Of a stretch of 64,000 nt of DNA, positions 27,987-43,158 are shown in pieces. Origin of the DNA: Eledone cirrhosa (taxonomy: Eukaryota); NCBI GenBank assembly GCA_964016885.1, contig OZ024750.1:10478001-10542000 (forward strand), written 5' to 3'. Position 1 is the stretch's first letter. Every line of letters begins with the position of its first letter. Both the position numbers and the translations under genes were made by a program. The notes under the pieces were generated by a model. It was not told the DNA's origin. It saw nothing but the letters and a program-made list of their open reading frames with translations, and did no database searches.

Positions 27987-29894
27987 TATAAGATTTAATC
28001 TTCGATATTTCTCATCTTATTTTCACACTTAGGCGCACATGCATACAAACACACAAACACGCAGCCGCAAACACGTACCCACTCACTTACTCACTTCAGC
28101 ACGTACATAAAAACAACCCCAATTGATTGACCTAGCAATTTATCGACTAATAGAATGAACTCTATAGATAAAAAACACAACCACAAGGATATGGTCCGAA
28201 CGTGGAAGAGCCGAACTCCCACTGTCATCGCCTCCATATCTCTCTGTATGGTGAGCAAATGGAGTCCCCAGGTGCTGGCCTCCCCACAGCCCCGGCGGAC
28301 AGAATGGAGAAGGGGTTTCGCCGTGTGTATTTCACTCAGGTTTGTCTGCCTGTCTCCTGTGTCTCATTCTCACCAATAAAAACAATATCGTTATCCTTTA
28401 TAAGATGGACAAAACGTAAAATTTGAAAAAAAGAAACAGAATAGAGAAATAATAAAAAAAAAATAACAAAACAAAGCAACTGGAAATCTCTTGTATTTAT
28501 TTAATTACACTTATTATCACTTAAAATTAACAGTTCCGAGAACTAACATGTATTGGTGGTCTTGTAATGTTTGTTATTTAGCTTCAGGTTAACTCTAATT
28601 CTACAGACTCGTGATCTACGATGTTCTAGTTATGACCACCAACCTCGGACAGTCTAATCAAAACTATTTTATCTAATTTATTCCTTCTTTGCTATTGTTA
28701 CTGACGGTGTTTAGCTTCAAGTCAACTCTAATTCAACCTGTGCTATATAATATTACATTTAGACAGTCTACTTACGATTATATTATCCAATACGTCCTTC
28801 CTTTACTTTTGTGGCTGTTGTTTAGCCCCAAGTCAATCCATCCTATTTTAAATCTATAATATGTTAATTAGGAGATTCTTTGCTTCATTTTTGTTTTTTT
28901 GTTTGTTTGTTTCATTAGATGGTTTTGGAACATGTTTAACTTTTCTTTCCTTGTGTGTGTGACAGTTCACACCTATGCAGGTTTAGCTGGCCTCCCCCAA
29001 GGTATATCTCGTTGGAGGAGTCTTGGGTAATTTAATGATAGGGACCCCCAGTCCTATCATCTCATTTCTACAGCTGAGTAAACTGGAGCAACGTGAAATA
29101 AAGTGTCTTGCTCATGGAAACAACACATCACCCGGTCCGAGAATTGAACTCACAACCTTTCGATTGCAAGCCCAATGCTCTAACCACTAAGCCATGCACC
29201 TTCACTTTTTCTTTCCTGCTATGTTATTGAATGTGATCCTTCAGAATTAAAGATAGTAAGTGGTGACCCTCTCAGGAATAAGTGGGCAATGAAGTAGTAT
29301 ATGACTTGAGAAAGGCAGATTTAGCTACTATTTCTAGCAGCTCTCGAGACCATACAGATGCCTCCCTCGTCTTATTTTTCGAACCCATTAACCTGTATCT
29401 ATATGGTATATTACATGGCTATTAATGTCATGTTTAACACTGGGTGAAATATATCAACAAGAAGTTATAATTGTAAGTTAAGTGTTGGTCTCTTTCTTGA
29501 TTCATTCAAACCATCAAGAAGAGAGATTCTCAAAGATTGACAAGACAACATAATACTGTATCTAATGTATCTCACTGATCTCTTGCCTCTAACAAGAACT
29601 TCATTAAATTACATACTTAAGGTACAAGAATTTCATCAAGCTGACAGAACTTATCAACTTGAACATATTAAGAAATTGTTGCATCCAGGTCAGATAATGT
29701 TTCGATCAACAATAACCAATTGATCACGTAAACATTGTTGCATGACATTTAGAATCGATAGCAAAAACAAAAATAACAATTTTCATTTCTTGGTATCTGA
29801 GATAAATGATGCCAAACTCTGTAAAGATTTTAAATTTGAATTATTAAGCAGCGAAACATCAGAACACGCACTGTCACGCTATATAGTAATATAT

Positions 29895-31302
<1,408 letters not shown>

Positions 31303-31416
31303 AGTAATAATAATAAATGTGAAGAATAAAATCCAAAGAGGGCTCGATAAGGATAAATATATATCAAATATATAAGCAGCGATTCTTTGCTTAAACTTTA
31401 ATCTGTTATTTTAATA
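31303..31416 (-). mobile_element. Family B copy (tail + inverted arm)
   Basis: Reverse B tail joined to agcagcgattctttgcttaaactttaatctgttattttaat. Confidence 0.8.
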
Positions 31417-31419
31417 TAT

Positions 31420-31740
31420 ATATATTGAAAGGATAACAAGGACGATTGGTTACTCCTTCATTACATTTATTGGTAGGTGACGCGCGTTTCGCCGCTGATC
31501 AGCTCAAGGTTCGATCTGTATCGATTTTACCCGACTCTATAATCGGCAGCTCGACGGACCCTTTAAAATGCTAGTAGAAAGTTTTCTACTACCAATAAAT
31601 GCAATGAATGAGTAACCACTCGTCCTTGCTATCCTTTCAATATATTACACTCTGTATAGCTCTACACCTCATCACAGAAGTGAACTTAAACATCGAGTGC
31701 TCACCCGGGTGAACCTGCAGTAAGTTACACTCCCTAGATA
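31420..31740 (+). mobile_element. Fold-back family E copy
   Basis: Arms at about 31420-31476 / 31589-31645, then a ~95-bp tail. Partial copies at 47527-47610 and 62031-62066. Confidence 0.75.
31475..31561 (-). ncRNA. Degenerate type I hammerhead with enlarged stem II (family E)
   Basis: gggt-CCGTCGA-GCTGC...GCGGC-GAAA-CGCGCG-TC-acct. Confidence 0.5.
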
Positions 31741-31884
31741 TATATATATATATGAAGTATTTCCGTAGGAAGGGTAAAGGAAAGGAGAGTGCTCTATGCA
31801 TGTTACATAACCTCTGGTAAATGGAATAAATGTCTTATGTTGTTTATTACATAATTAAATAAATATATATATATATATATATCG

Positions 31885-32057
31885 TTTTGTTTTAACTTGG
31901 ACTACCTTTTATTTCCTGTATCTATCCTTTGTGACCCTGTCTATTTCTGTACTCCTGATGAAGGGCTAAAGCCCAACACGTCGAACTTTCTTTCCACCTT
32001 TTCCATATGAAGCGTGAAACTAAGACTATTTGTACTTTTGTTTTGTCGCTTCCTTGA

Positions 32058-32065
<8 letters not shown>
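31885..32065 (+). mobile_element. Family C-related fragment with decayed hammerhead
   Basis: tc-CTGATGA-a-GGGC-taaa-GCCC-aacac-GTC-ga at 31953-31984. Confidence 0.55.
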
Positions 32066-32107
<42 letters not shown>

Positions 32108-32400
32108 TTATAAAAAGAGACGGGTTTAAATGGACATCCCCTGTTTATTATATATAATAAACAGGGGATGTACAGAATCGGTGACGAACTCATATACTAA
32201 ACATATCTGACGACCTTTCAATTACAGAGTCAGGTTAGATCTATAATAGATCTTGCCTCGAGCTGATTGATAGAGAAACATATGTAATATGTTATTAAAC
32301 ATGGTATGATGCAACACTGAATCCGTGTTCCATATAATTATAATATATATATAGATAGATACATATATACGATATCTACAGGTCTAGAACTGCTTCATAT

Positions 32401-32438
<38 letters not shown>

Positions 32439-32995
32439 TATATGCGTGTGTGTTTGCCTACGTATGTATGTGTGTATGTATGCGTATGTGTATAGTAGAC
32501 CAACTTGGAAGCTGTATTCTTCCAAGAGGACAGACAATATTGGAAATATTGGTGTTATTTATTTTAATACCTGTCACAATTTGCGACAATTGAAGCGTCC
32601 GTATAAGTAACGAGAAATTTAAATAATGTCTTCTTCCTGTTGATAATCTTTATTAATGAGAGAAACATTGGATTATGTTGAGATAAAATTACGAGGTCGA
32701 ATCATTAATTATCTTCGATGCACTTCTAAAAGTCATCTCTATATTTTTTTTCAAGAAGTTGTCACTTTCTTTACCATATCACCCTCCCCCCTTCTTTTCT
32801 TCCTTTGTCTAATAATCTTTGCTTTTCCTCTCATTTTTAGTATTTATAGTCCTATCCAATATTGCTTTCTTGTTCTGTATATTTAATCAAATATAAATAA
32901 AATAATTCAAAAGTCTTGGGCGAATTTCAGGCGATTTACTTGCAATTTTGGAATGTTTCACAAGCGTTTCCCAGCCGAAAGTATATGCACTTTAA

Positions 32996-33340
32996 GAGCT
33001 CACACTATTGTCCAGCTCAGGTACACCAACTCTCAACACCAATAGCTAGCAGAGGTGATAAAAACAACCTATTTGAGCCATTTTTTTAGGTCAGGTGGAG
33101 CTCACTTCTCTGTCCAGCTCAGGTACACCGACTCTCAGCATCAATAGGTAGCAGAGGTGGTAAACACAATCTATTTGAGCCATTTTTCAGGCCAGCAGGA
33201 ACTCATCTTACTGTCCAGCTCAGGCATACCGATTCCAATACCAAATAGCTAGAAGAGGTGATAAACACAACCTATTTTGAGCCATTATTTAGGCCAGCAG
33301 GAGCTCACCTCACTGTCCAGCTCAAGTATACCGACCCTCG
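32996..33340. repeat. ~102-bp tandem repeat, about 3.4 copies
   Basis: tgtccagctca at 33009, 33111, 33212 and 33314. Confidence 0.85.
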
Positions 33341-33803
33341 GCATATACTTCATTAATAACGAATATTATGAACACGCTAGTTTCATTAGTACAATACCGG
33401 ACAAGACATCCAGACTTTTCGGAAAGGGTGACATTTTAGAGAACGGTTTTGAATTTTGTAATCCACTTGTAGACAGATCATAGTAACATAATTTTGTTCC
33501 CATACTAAGTTTAAAGCTTTAAATGGATACCAACCATTGATATAGATTCACCCAACAGAAAATGCATTACTAATCGCACCTCTTTTGAGGAAACAGAAAG
33601 TAGAAGGCTCATGGTTAACGTAAAAGTAATTTAATTAACGTATAAAGTTCAAAAGTGAAGCGTTGTAAATAGATGGATTAGTTTCACAGCAATAAAAAAA
33701 ACATTTGAGATAATTAATGACTTACCCTAACAATTTATATTTATTTTAATGTATATATCCTGATTCTGATTAGTTTTCCTCTGTCTCATCATTTATATTA
33801 CGC

Positions 33804-33859
<56 letters not shown>

Positions 33860-33881
33860 TTGTTCCTGTTCAAATTTTTCC

Positions 33882-33940
<59 letters not shown>

Positions 33941-34193
33941 TTACATACTTACACATACATACATTCATATACGTACATGCATATACATATATATATGCAT
34001 ATACACACATATATATATATGCATACATGCATAGACATACATGCATATACATATTTATATGCATACATGCATATACGTACATGCATATACATATATATGC
34101 ATATACATACATGCATATACATATATATATGCATACATACATATACATACATGCATATTATATATATATGCATACATACATATACATACATGC

Positions 34194-34226
<33 letters not shown>

Positions 34227-34231
<5 letters not shown>

Positions 34232-34413
34232 AACGAGTAGGACCCCGACGGCTGAGCTCAAGCCGTTTCGACGGCTAGTTCTGGACTAGCCGTCGAAACG
34301 GTTTGAGCTCAGCCGTCGGGGTCCTACTCGTTCCTATTACCCACTCTACTCCCCTAAGTATTGAGTACTTTGGTGCGTTATGGTCCACCTGGTTCCTTAC
34401 CACATTTCATTCG

Positions 34414-34415
<2 letters not shown>
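34227..34415 (+). mobile_element. Fold-back family A copy
   Basis: Arms of about 50 bp with a short spacer (ttctgga), plus the complete tail. Confidence 0.85.
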
Positions 34416-34454
<39 letters not shown>

Positions 34455-35154
34455 AATACATACCTAATACATTATGTCATTACTACATTAGTATTGTGTA
34501 TCGATTTCCATTGGTAAAGATCTCCACTGCAAATGGCGATCTCTCATAAAACGAACGCTAACGGTATATATTATGTCTTATATAACAATTTTATTGAACA
34601 AAATTGCTATGTAATACTTATGTCAAATTTACATTTTCCACCATTTATTTCTAAAATTTCCTTCAAATCTATTATACATTCGTATAATATACATTCGTAC
34701 TGTTATCTAACACAGACGTTGAATTGACACATTCGTTAGAGCGTGGGACAAATTGCCTTGTGGTAGTTGTTCCAGATCCCTGCTCTCTCAGTATAAATAG
34801 AGATGGTGTATATATGGCTGTGAGCGTATGAGTGTCTATGTATAAGTATTTGTGTTTACCAGAGAAAAGCTAAGCTGAGATTTCACTTTACAGGTATATG
34901 TTACATATATTTCAAGTTATATATACACTCTCATATACAGTCATATACATGCATACAAACAAGCATTACATGTTTATTTATTATAGATACATATATAATT
35001 ATATTATTCACAAAATACTTATATATTTCATTTTGTTGTTACCCTCCAATATTTCTCTACCTTATATCTTTATTTTGTTCATTATTAATTTAGTAATAAT
35101 TAAATAATATGTATCTGCAGCAAACACTCCTGTGGGTATCATGTTAAATATTTT

Positions 35155-35590
35155 GGTCCCTATATTGTATTTGTTTATATCAGAAATTATAAAGGTCTAC
35201 GTCCTTACATTGAATTTTATATATTAGAAATTATAAAGGTTTTAGTCCCTTCTTTGTATTTTTTATATCAGAAATTATAAAGGTTTTAGTCCTTACATTG
35301 TATTTGTTTATATAAGAAATTATAAAGGTTTTCGTCCCTTCTTTGTATTTTTTATATCAGAAATTATAAAGGTTTTCGTCCTTACATTGTATTTGTTTAT
35401 ATAAGAAATTATAAAGGTTTTCGTCCCTTCATTGTATTTTTTTTTATCAGAAATTATAAAGGTTTTAGTCTCTACATTGTATTGTTTTATAACAGAAATT
35501 CTAAAAGTCTTATAACAAGTCTCTTCAATGTATTTTAAAGGTCTTATATAAGTCTCTTCAATGTATTTTTTCCATCAGAAATTATAAAAG
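35155..35590. repeat. 37/38-bp minisatellite
   Basis: agaaattataaaggtttt.gtcc...tgtattt repeated about 9-10 times. Confidence 0.85.
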
Positions 35591-36260
35591 TTCAACGTAG
35601 ATGATAATTTAATTGGTGTAGTTGACAGTTTTAGTCTTTTAACTCATCGCATCTGACTGTTACTGATAAAACACAAGAATTTCATGGACATATATTATAT
35701 CACCTGATTAGTAAGTATCAGGTGATATAAACAGTAATACGTTAAATATGAGGAATGGTCTTTGATCATTATTTCTCTTTGATCTTGGTATGTAGAGAGA
35801 TATCTCTTTATTTTTACCTTTATATTTTTACTTTTCTATTAAGCTGATTTTTCCGGCATTAGCTGCTCTGTGGAATAAAATATTTTACGTTGAATAAAAA
35901 AAAAAAAGCACTCCAAACAATAGGTTCTTCTATTCTGGAAACAATGAGTGCTTATTATCGAATATAAGAGTACACTAGTATATGTCTATTGATTACTATG
36001 CCAGCTAACTAAAGACATCAATATCTTTGTCCACGATACGTTTTAACGATAATTACAATTCTTCACTCTTTCCATTTACATATTTTCACACCCTAAAATT
36101 TGTGGTACCTTCGATTCACAACTGTTACCCGACACCACGGTAATATAGATGACACAGCATGGCAGTAGCACCTTTAAAAGTGCTGTGATTTTCAGCTGTA
36201 TCTGGAGTTATTGTTCTACCGTGTGTTTGGCTAATAAGACCAGTTTTCGGCATGGTTATG

Positions 36261-36339
<79 letters not shown>

Positions 36340-36525
36340 TCATATATACAGGATGTCCACGCCCAAATATATACACTCTTCAACACCATTCTAATAAATG
36401 TGTATATATATATTTTTTTTGGGGCGGGTACCATACATGTATGTATGTATGTATGTATGTATGTATGTATGTATGTATGTATGTATGTATGTATGTATGT
36501 ATGTATGTATGTATGTATGTATGTA

Positions 36526-36566
<41 letters not shown>

Positions 36567-36828
36567 GGTAATTCTGAAGGAAAGGCAAAGGAAAAAAGAG
36601 TGCTCTATGTATACGTCTAGATCGGTCATCAGGCAGAGATGTTATCTCTGATGACCAATCCAGACGTATATTAATATTGTCTGGGATCCAGAAACCATTG
36701 GTAATGGAGTAGTTGTATTTTGTGTTGTTCACTTTCTAATTAAATATATATATATATATATAATAGTATTATAAGGATAAATATATACCAAATATATAAG
36801 AACCGTAGAGCAAACATTTATTAAAATA

Positions 36829-36904
36829 ACAGATTAAAGTTTAAGCAACGAATCGCTGCTTTCACCCTTAACGGGATCTTCTGAAACTAACAAAGCCAAT
36901 CTGT
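36829..36904 (-). ncRNA. Type I hammerhead-like ribozyme, core CAGAAGA (family B)
   Basis: Stem I agttt/aaact plus acagattg/taatctgt, stem II ccc-gttaa-ggg, GAAA, 7-bp stem III agcagcg/cgttgct, triplet CUU. Confidence 0.65.
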
Positions 36905-36969
36905 AAACGCAGAACTGGATATTTCAAAAAACGTTGCAACCGGAGGAAGACAGATCCAGTTCTGCGTTT

Positions 36970-37045
36970 ACAGATTGACTTTGTTAGTTTCAGAAGATCC
37001 CGTTAAGGGTGAAAGCAGCGATTCTTTGCTTAAACTTTAATCTGT
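36970..37045 (+). ncRNA. Inverted copy of the family B hammerhead
   Basis: Core 36991-36997, GAAA 37011-37014, predicted cleavage after 37031. Confidence 0.6.
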
Positions 37046-37057
37046 TATTTTAATATA

Positions 37058-37120
<63 letters not shown>

Positions 37121-37829
37121 TAAAAGATATAAATAAATTAAAAGATATTAAATTTTACACAGGACCTTCATCATATCGCCATATCAGTCTTTCAAAAACC
37201 AAAGTCGTACCATTCTGAATATTTAAATGTAGATAAACATTTATCGGTTAGTTCGTCTTTACATATAAATTAATAAAGATTTCTACTTTAAGCACAAGAC
37301 CAGTTAATTGTTTAGTCTGAATTAGTGATAACCATCTACTGATGACTTCTAACTGTTTTAATCGGGTAGGGTGGGGGAAATAAAATAGCCCCCGTGAACA
37401 TTTTCTTGACCACAGACTGGCGGAGGTAGAGGAGAAGAAGGGTACCATTAAATCGGATTTTGGTCAGAATGCTTGCAGCAGAGTGGATTCGGCAGGCCAG
37501 ACTCTACTGTTAAACCAGGCTATGGATTAAACCTACCACCCAAGAAAACGAAGTTAATGGTCAGAGTGGAACTCCATTTGTCAAAGAAAAACAAAGAAAA
37601 AATATATATTAACTGGCGAGCCTAAGTCCAATGAGTGACCGATGTGAGAGAAATTCTGGTGAAATCCATATTGGGTTATTGACCAGCAGGAGAGTAGAGG
37701 AAACTATTTATCATTGATCTTTGTGTAATCCTTGTCTGTTATTACGAAGAAGAATCTGTCAGTTATTTTAGTCTTATATAAGAAAACCACTCCTTTTGGT
37801 TCTTTTGTCGTTGTTTTTTTTTTTTAGAT

Positions 37830-38020
37830 CCGAGTCGGCCTTCATTGAGCAGATCTATGATTAAACGTATTCCAGCTTTGGACATCTCATCTTATATTTT
37901 ATTTTATATATTTAGGACTATATTATCCATAGCTTATTTCTTATTGTAAGAGCATAGAATGAGATTTGAGAGAAATTAGTCGCTATTTCCTGCATAGAAC
38001 ACGACCACGAAGATACTCCC
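37830..38020 (+). repeat. Old dispersed repeat family (gagcagatctatgat...tagccgctatttc type)
   Basis: Degenerate relatives near 17950-18130, 18990-19045, 21070-21130, 28570-28850, 29320-29370, 39530-39600, 41360-41720 and 46345-46520. Confidence 0.55.
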
Positions 38021-38077
38021 CCGATGGAAGCGGATCTTACATTTGGATGGGCATTATTGAAGTTCTGACTTGTTTAA

Positions 38078-38298
38078 CCCTTTAGCATTTACATTATTCT
38101 ATATATACTATTGTATTTTCACAGTAAAGGGTTTATTTTACATAATTATTTCACATAATATCGAATCTACGAGATTTTGATGTTATCTATTTTGAGAACA
38201 ATACCTTAATGTAGGTATGAGCGGCTAGATACCGCCGGTTTCAATAGAAAGAGGTGAGATAGTTCTGGCCGGATATGGCCGGTTTAAATGCTAAAGGG
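38078..38298. mobile_element. piggyBac-like MITE, second copy (reverse orientation, also 221 bp)
   Basis: ttaa|ccctttagcattta...taaatgctaaaggg. Confidence 0.85.
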
Positions 38299-38892
38299 TA
38301 TGTATTGATTCTATTGGACGTTATCATTCATGCACAAATGTTGATCATTAATAAAACATTATTAATTATTTTTATCTCCTTAATTACTTACTTTCATTTA
38401 TTACTATTTAAAAAGTCATACTGAAGTTGTCATAGAACAAATGGATCTATTGTTACGTCTGTTACACAGATCGATGTTTATTACATAAAGTATTAATTAA
38501 TCATTTTCATTTCAGTTCTAACTATTTGGCCATAATTAGAAATTAAAACAAACATTATACACAAACAGAAGCTACATTAAAATAGTTGGCATGATTCAAC
38601 CATAATATAGCTTTTATCTGGAATTCTTATAATAATTCGTATTCACTCACATTATCGAAGATAGCTATGGTGCCAAGTTATTTATATATTTTTACTATTT
38701 ACTCCGTTTTGTGCGTTCCCAGTTCAAATACTGGCTCTGGGTTCTGGGGCCCCTTTTCATTAAAACATCCGTTAAACGTCTTATGAAAAAAATGGCTACA
38801 GGAGAAAGTTGGATAAACCTGCAAGTTACTTATGTACCGAACATGTTAATATAATATTCAGGTTTACGTTAATATATATAAATACGAACCCC

Positions 38893-38926
<34 letters not shown>

Positions 38927-39134
38927 TTACAATAATCAAAGTTCAGTTTAAGTCATTTATTTGCTTACAATTGTTTCCTCTGTAAAACAACTGATGTTAT
39001 TACATTGAGCTATTTATCTTACTGGTAATAGGATAGTAATTAATGACTATCTTTCACTATTTAGGGTTTGTGTATATATAATATATTACCATTAAAGGTT
39101 TTATTGCATACATAGCCATAAATAGTACCCTTAA

Positions 39135-39188
<54 letters not shown>

Positions 39189-39352
39189 CAGCTGTTAAAG
39201 TGCAAACGTTCTCAGAACGCCTCACCAGTACAGGAAGAAATCTATTATTTACGTCACCTAGGCCTTAATAAAACTTCTTACTTTCAAGCCACGTACGAAC
39301 ATGAAACACCAGATAAATATGTATATACATATATATAAATATATATGTATAT

Positions 39353-39404
<52 letters not shown>

Positions 39405-39627
39405 AGGTTTTATTATTGAGCCTAAAATCAGGGTTAATTACGTAGACATATAATATCAAAAATTTGCAGTCATGTTTTTCTCGCATTTTATGTATATGTA
39501 AAGTGTCTTCCCTTTGAAAGAATTTTAGATGGGAAATGAGAAAGATTTGGCAGCTATTTCTAGCAGGTTGGATGAAGACCACAAAGAGATGCTCCATAGT
39601 TCCTCATATGTATAACATTACTCTATT

Positions 39628-39972
39628 AACCCTGCGACGGACTGGTGTCTTGTCCAGGGGGAATCTTCTACTCTCAGTCGCTTCCCACCACGAAACCGGT
39701 ATAGACACCAGTCTGGCGAGCATCATGGCTTGAGACAAACTTTAAGTGCTATTACTCTATTACGTGTTTCAGCCGAAAGGTTGAGGCCATGCTGGGGCAC
39801 CACCATTCATCACACACGACAGATTTCCACTGTGTGACCCATCTACCGTATTTCACACACAACTTGGGTCTATAGCTAAAGACACTTACCAATGTGTGCC
39901 ACAAAGTGTGAACGAACTCGAGACCTCATGCTTTAGAAGCGACCTTCTAAATCACACAGCCACAACCGCCTC
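39628..39972. mobile_element. SINE fragments (aaccctgcgacggactgg...tccagggg domain; minus-strand tRNA-like head at the right)
   Basis: Also tgtttcagcc...gaggccatgctggggcacc, shared with 18830-18870. Confidence 0.55.
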
Positions 39973-40327
39973 TATGTGTAGATCTATCAATGTTCTACAC
40001 ATCCTCTACTTTTATTTCAATGCTGCTAACTTCGATCCTGTCTTTTTGTCTCGTGTTTTCTGATGATATATGAAATAAACCGTAACTCAATAAATTGTGA
40101 AGTAACAAGTTGCTTCACCAAGCGGCTGGTTGGCGGCATGATTCTCAGACGTAACAAATCTATATTGGATATAAGATTTTATCGAGAGGAATGTCTGGTC
40201 CACACACACTTTACGTTGTGAAATCATGAAGTGAGTAAATCTTGGCCCAAAGACTTATTTTCGTTATAAAAACAGCGTAAAAATAAATATAAAACATTGA
40301 ATTTAAAATGATTACTGAGTGCTTAAC

Positions 40328-40359
<32 letters not shown>

Positions 40360-40452
40360 TGTATGTATGTATGTATGTATGTATGTATGTATGTATGTAT
40401 GTATGTATGTGTGTGTGTATGTATGTGTGTGTGTATGTATGTGTATGTGTGT

Positions 40453-40491
<39 letters not shown>

Positions 40492-40507
40492 TGTGTATGT
40501 GTGTGTA

Positions 40508-40694
40508 TCCCGGGTTCAAACGGAGGTAATCGCAGTAAGTAAGGTACACATACATTGCAGCCAATACATTTTAAATAGGGGAATGACTTCTACAGAACTA
40601 CAACTGTTTCATTCGAAGGAAATCATCAGGAAAGCCTTGATGATTTCCTTCGAATGAAATAGTTCTAGTCCTGTAGAAGCCATTTCTATATTAA

Positions 40695-40695
<1 letters not shown>
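40508..40695 (-). mobile_element. Fold-back family D copy
   Basis: Arms at about 40572-40628 / 40638-40694. Tail homologous to 14576-14646. Confidence 0.8.
40587..40633 (-). ncRNA. Type I hammerhead ribozyme motif, canonical core (family D)
   Basis: tttc-CTGATGA-t-ttc-cttc-gaa-t-GAAA-CAG-ttgtagtt-CTG-TA-gaag. Cleavage triplet GUA. Confidence 0.7.
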
Positions 40696-40729
<34 letters not shown>

Positions 40730-40939
40730 TACGCTCATACTCATTCCTCCCACAAAAATATATATACACTTACAAATATATACATACATATATAAATATA
40801 TACATATATAAATAGATATATACATACATACATACATACATAAATACATACACACATAAATACATACACACACACACATACACACACACATAAATACACA
40901 CACACACACATACGCACATACACACACACACACATAAAT

Positions 40940-40976
<37 letters not shown>

Positions 40977-43121
40977 AACACATATAACTGTCCGTGTGTG
41001 GGTATGTGTACACGCTAGTGTGAGTATATATATGTATGTGTGTGTGATTTATTAACGACAAATTATAACATAATTAGTCTAAAGATCAAACAAGTTAAAC
41101 CACGCTCTGATTCTACTGAATTAACTCACTAATAACGCTTCTTTCTTTAAGAGTTGGAATGTTAACACACTTGAACAGCGGTGAACTGGTTATTTGTTGC
41201 TAGAATAATCTCTCTTTTACACACTATTAACTTCACATTATATTTCTCTACTTTCACTATCTTTAGCTTCTATAGATTCTTAAGTATCGACTTCAGATGA
41301 ACAAATGTTTTTTTTTCTATTTTATTCGTTGTTTTTTTAATTTTTTTTGTTTTTTTAAATCTCCAAGTCGGCTCCGATCGTGCGGATCTATGAGCAAAGG
41401 CATTCCATCCATGACCATCCCCGCGTATCGTTTCAGGTGCAGTGTATAACGAATTCTAAATTGTGGTGGTTGTTTTAGTCTTGGCTTAACACTGATCAAG
41501 CAGACTAGCTATCAAATCCATTCCAGTCAAGACAACCTCATATTTATATTTTCCTATCTGCCACAGTCTACCTTAGATGATAACATCCACTGTGCTCTTC
41601 CTTTATTAATAACAATAGATGTGATTTCAAGATATTTAACTCGAGTAATTACGTAGAGCCAACAAGAGTTACTGCATAGTCGCTAGGTCTGCTAAAATAA
41701 TAGCCAAATACCTATGAAATAGCGCCTTAGTATATTGAAAGTGGAAGGCCATGTATACAATTGTCTTACATTTACGTTTGTATATTTACAAATAACTAAT
41801 AAATGTCATTTACGTTGTGTGGTATAACATTCGTAAATCGTCTATTTACGTTCATATTTCAAATCCCGGGGGTCGATTTAATCGACTTTCCCTTCCCGCT
41901 AAAAAAATGATTGGTCTTGTACCTAAATCAGAAACCATTATAAGTATAGTACAGACCAGAATCAGTACAAAAAAGGGGCAAAATGTTTTACAATACAGTT
42001 TTACTTTCTTTTACGTTCCGAGTTCAAATCCTACTGGAGTTGGTTGTTATTTTCATCCTTTTATGTTGATATGTTATACCCAATTGAAATATTGGGTTCA
42101 CTTTAATCTAGGGTGCTCTTGTACACAAGTGACCTTGTGTCGTGTGTTATAAATCAATGTATTTAAAGACATATACAACTATTAACTGGGGTTTATAGCA
42201 AGAGTAATAATGAGGTGTTGGAAACAGATTTAAAATTAGAAAATCTATAAAACGAAATTAGAAGAATAAAGACAACATTTTATATATATATATATACATA
42301 TATGTGTGTGTATATGTGTGTGTGTATATGTGTGTGTGTATATGTGTGTGTGTATGTGTATGTATATATATATGTGTGTGTATATGTATATATGTATATA
42401 TATATATAAGTATATATATACATATATGTGTGTATGTGTATGTATATATATATGCATATATGTGTGTATGTGTATGTATATATATATGTGTGTGTGTGTG
42501 TGAATGTATGTGTATGTGTTAGTGGATAAATATATATATGTGTATATATATATATATATATATACATAACGAAGAGACCTATTCAAATATAGATTGTTAT
42601 AGATAGATATATAGATAGATAGAGAAATAGAAAAGAGAGAGGGGAGGGAGAGAGAGAGGGGAGGGAGAGAGAGGGGAGGGAGAGAGAGGGAGAGGGGAGG
42701 GTGAAAGAGGCGGAGGGACGGGGGAGAAGGAGGGAAGAAGAAAAAGAGGAGGGAGAGGGAAGACTGAGGTAGACGGAAATAATCAAATAGCCGCAAAACA
42801 GATAAAACAAAAGAAACAAAGAAACAAAAGAAACAGAGAAGAAATAGATAGAGAAAGAAAGAAAATGAAGAAAACGACGAAAAAAAGGGAAGACAAGGAA
42901 GGAAAGAAGAAAGGAAGAATATGAAGGAAGGAAGAAAGGAAGACAGCAAGGAAGGAAGAAGGAACTGTTTAAATAGAAAGGGATTATGTTGAGACAGTTT
43001 AAGTGGTTTAAAAGTCGTTCAATTGCCGGAGGTGAAACAATTAAGATATGTTATATGTTATATATAATACGTGGGAAATGTTGAGTGCTACTGTCATACT
43101 TATATTTACGGACATACACAC

Positions 43122-43149
<28 letters not shown>

Positions 43150-43158
<9 letters not shown>

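Larger units (their letters stand above)
36762..37054 (-). mobile_element. Fold-back family B copy with two hammerheads
   Basis: Arms 36820-36920 / 36954-37054 with a 33-bp spacer. The tail extends leftwards. Confidence 0.85.
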
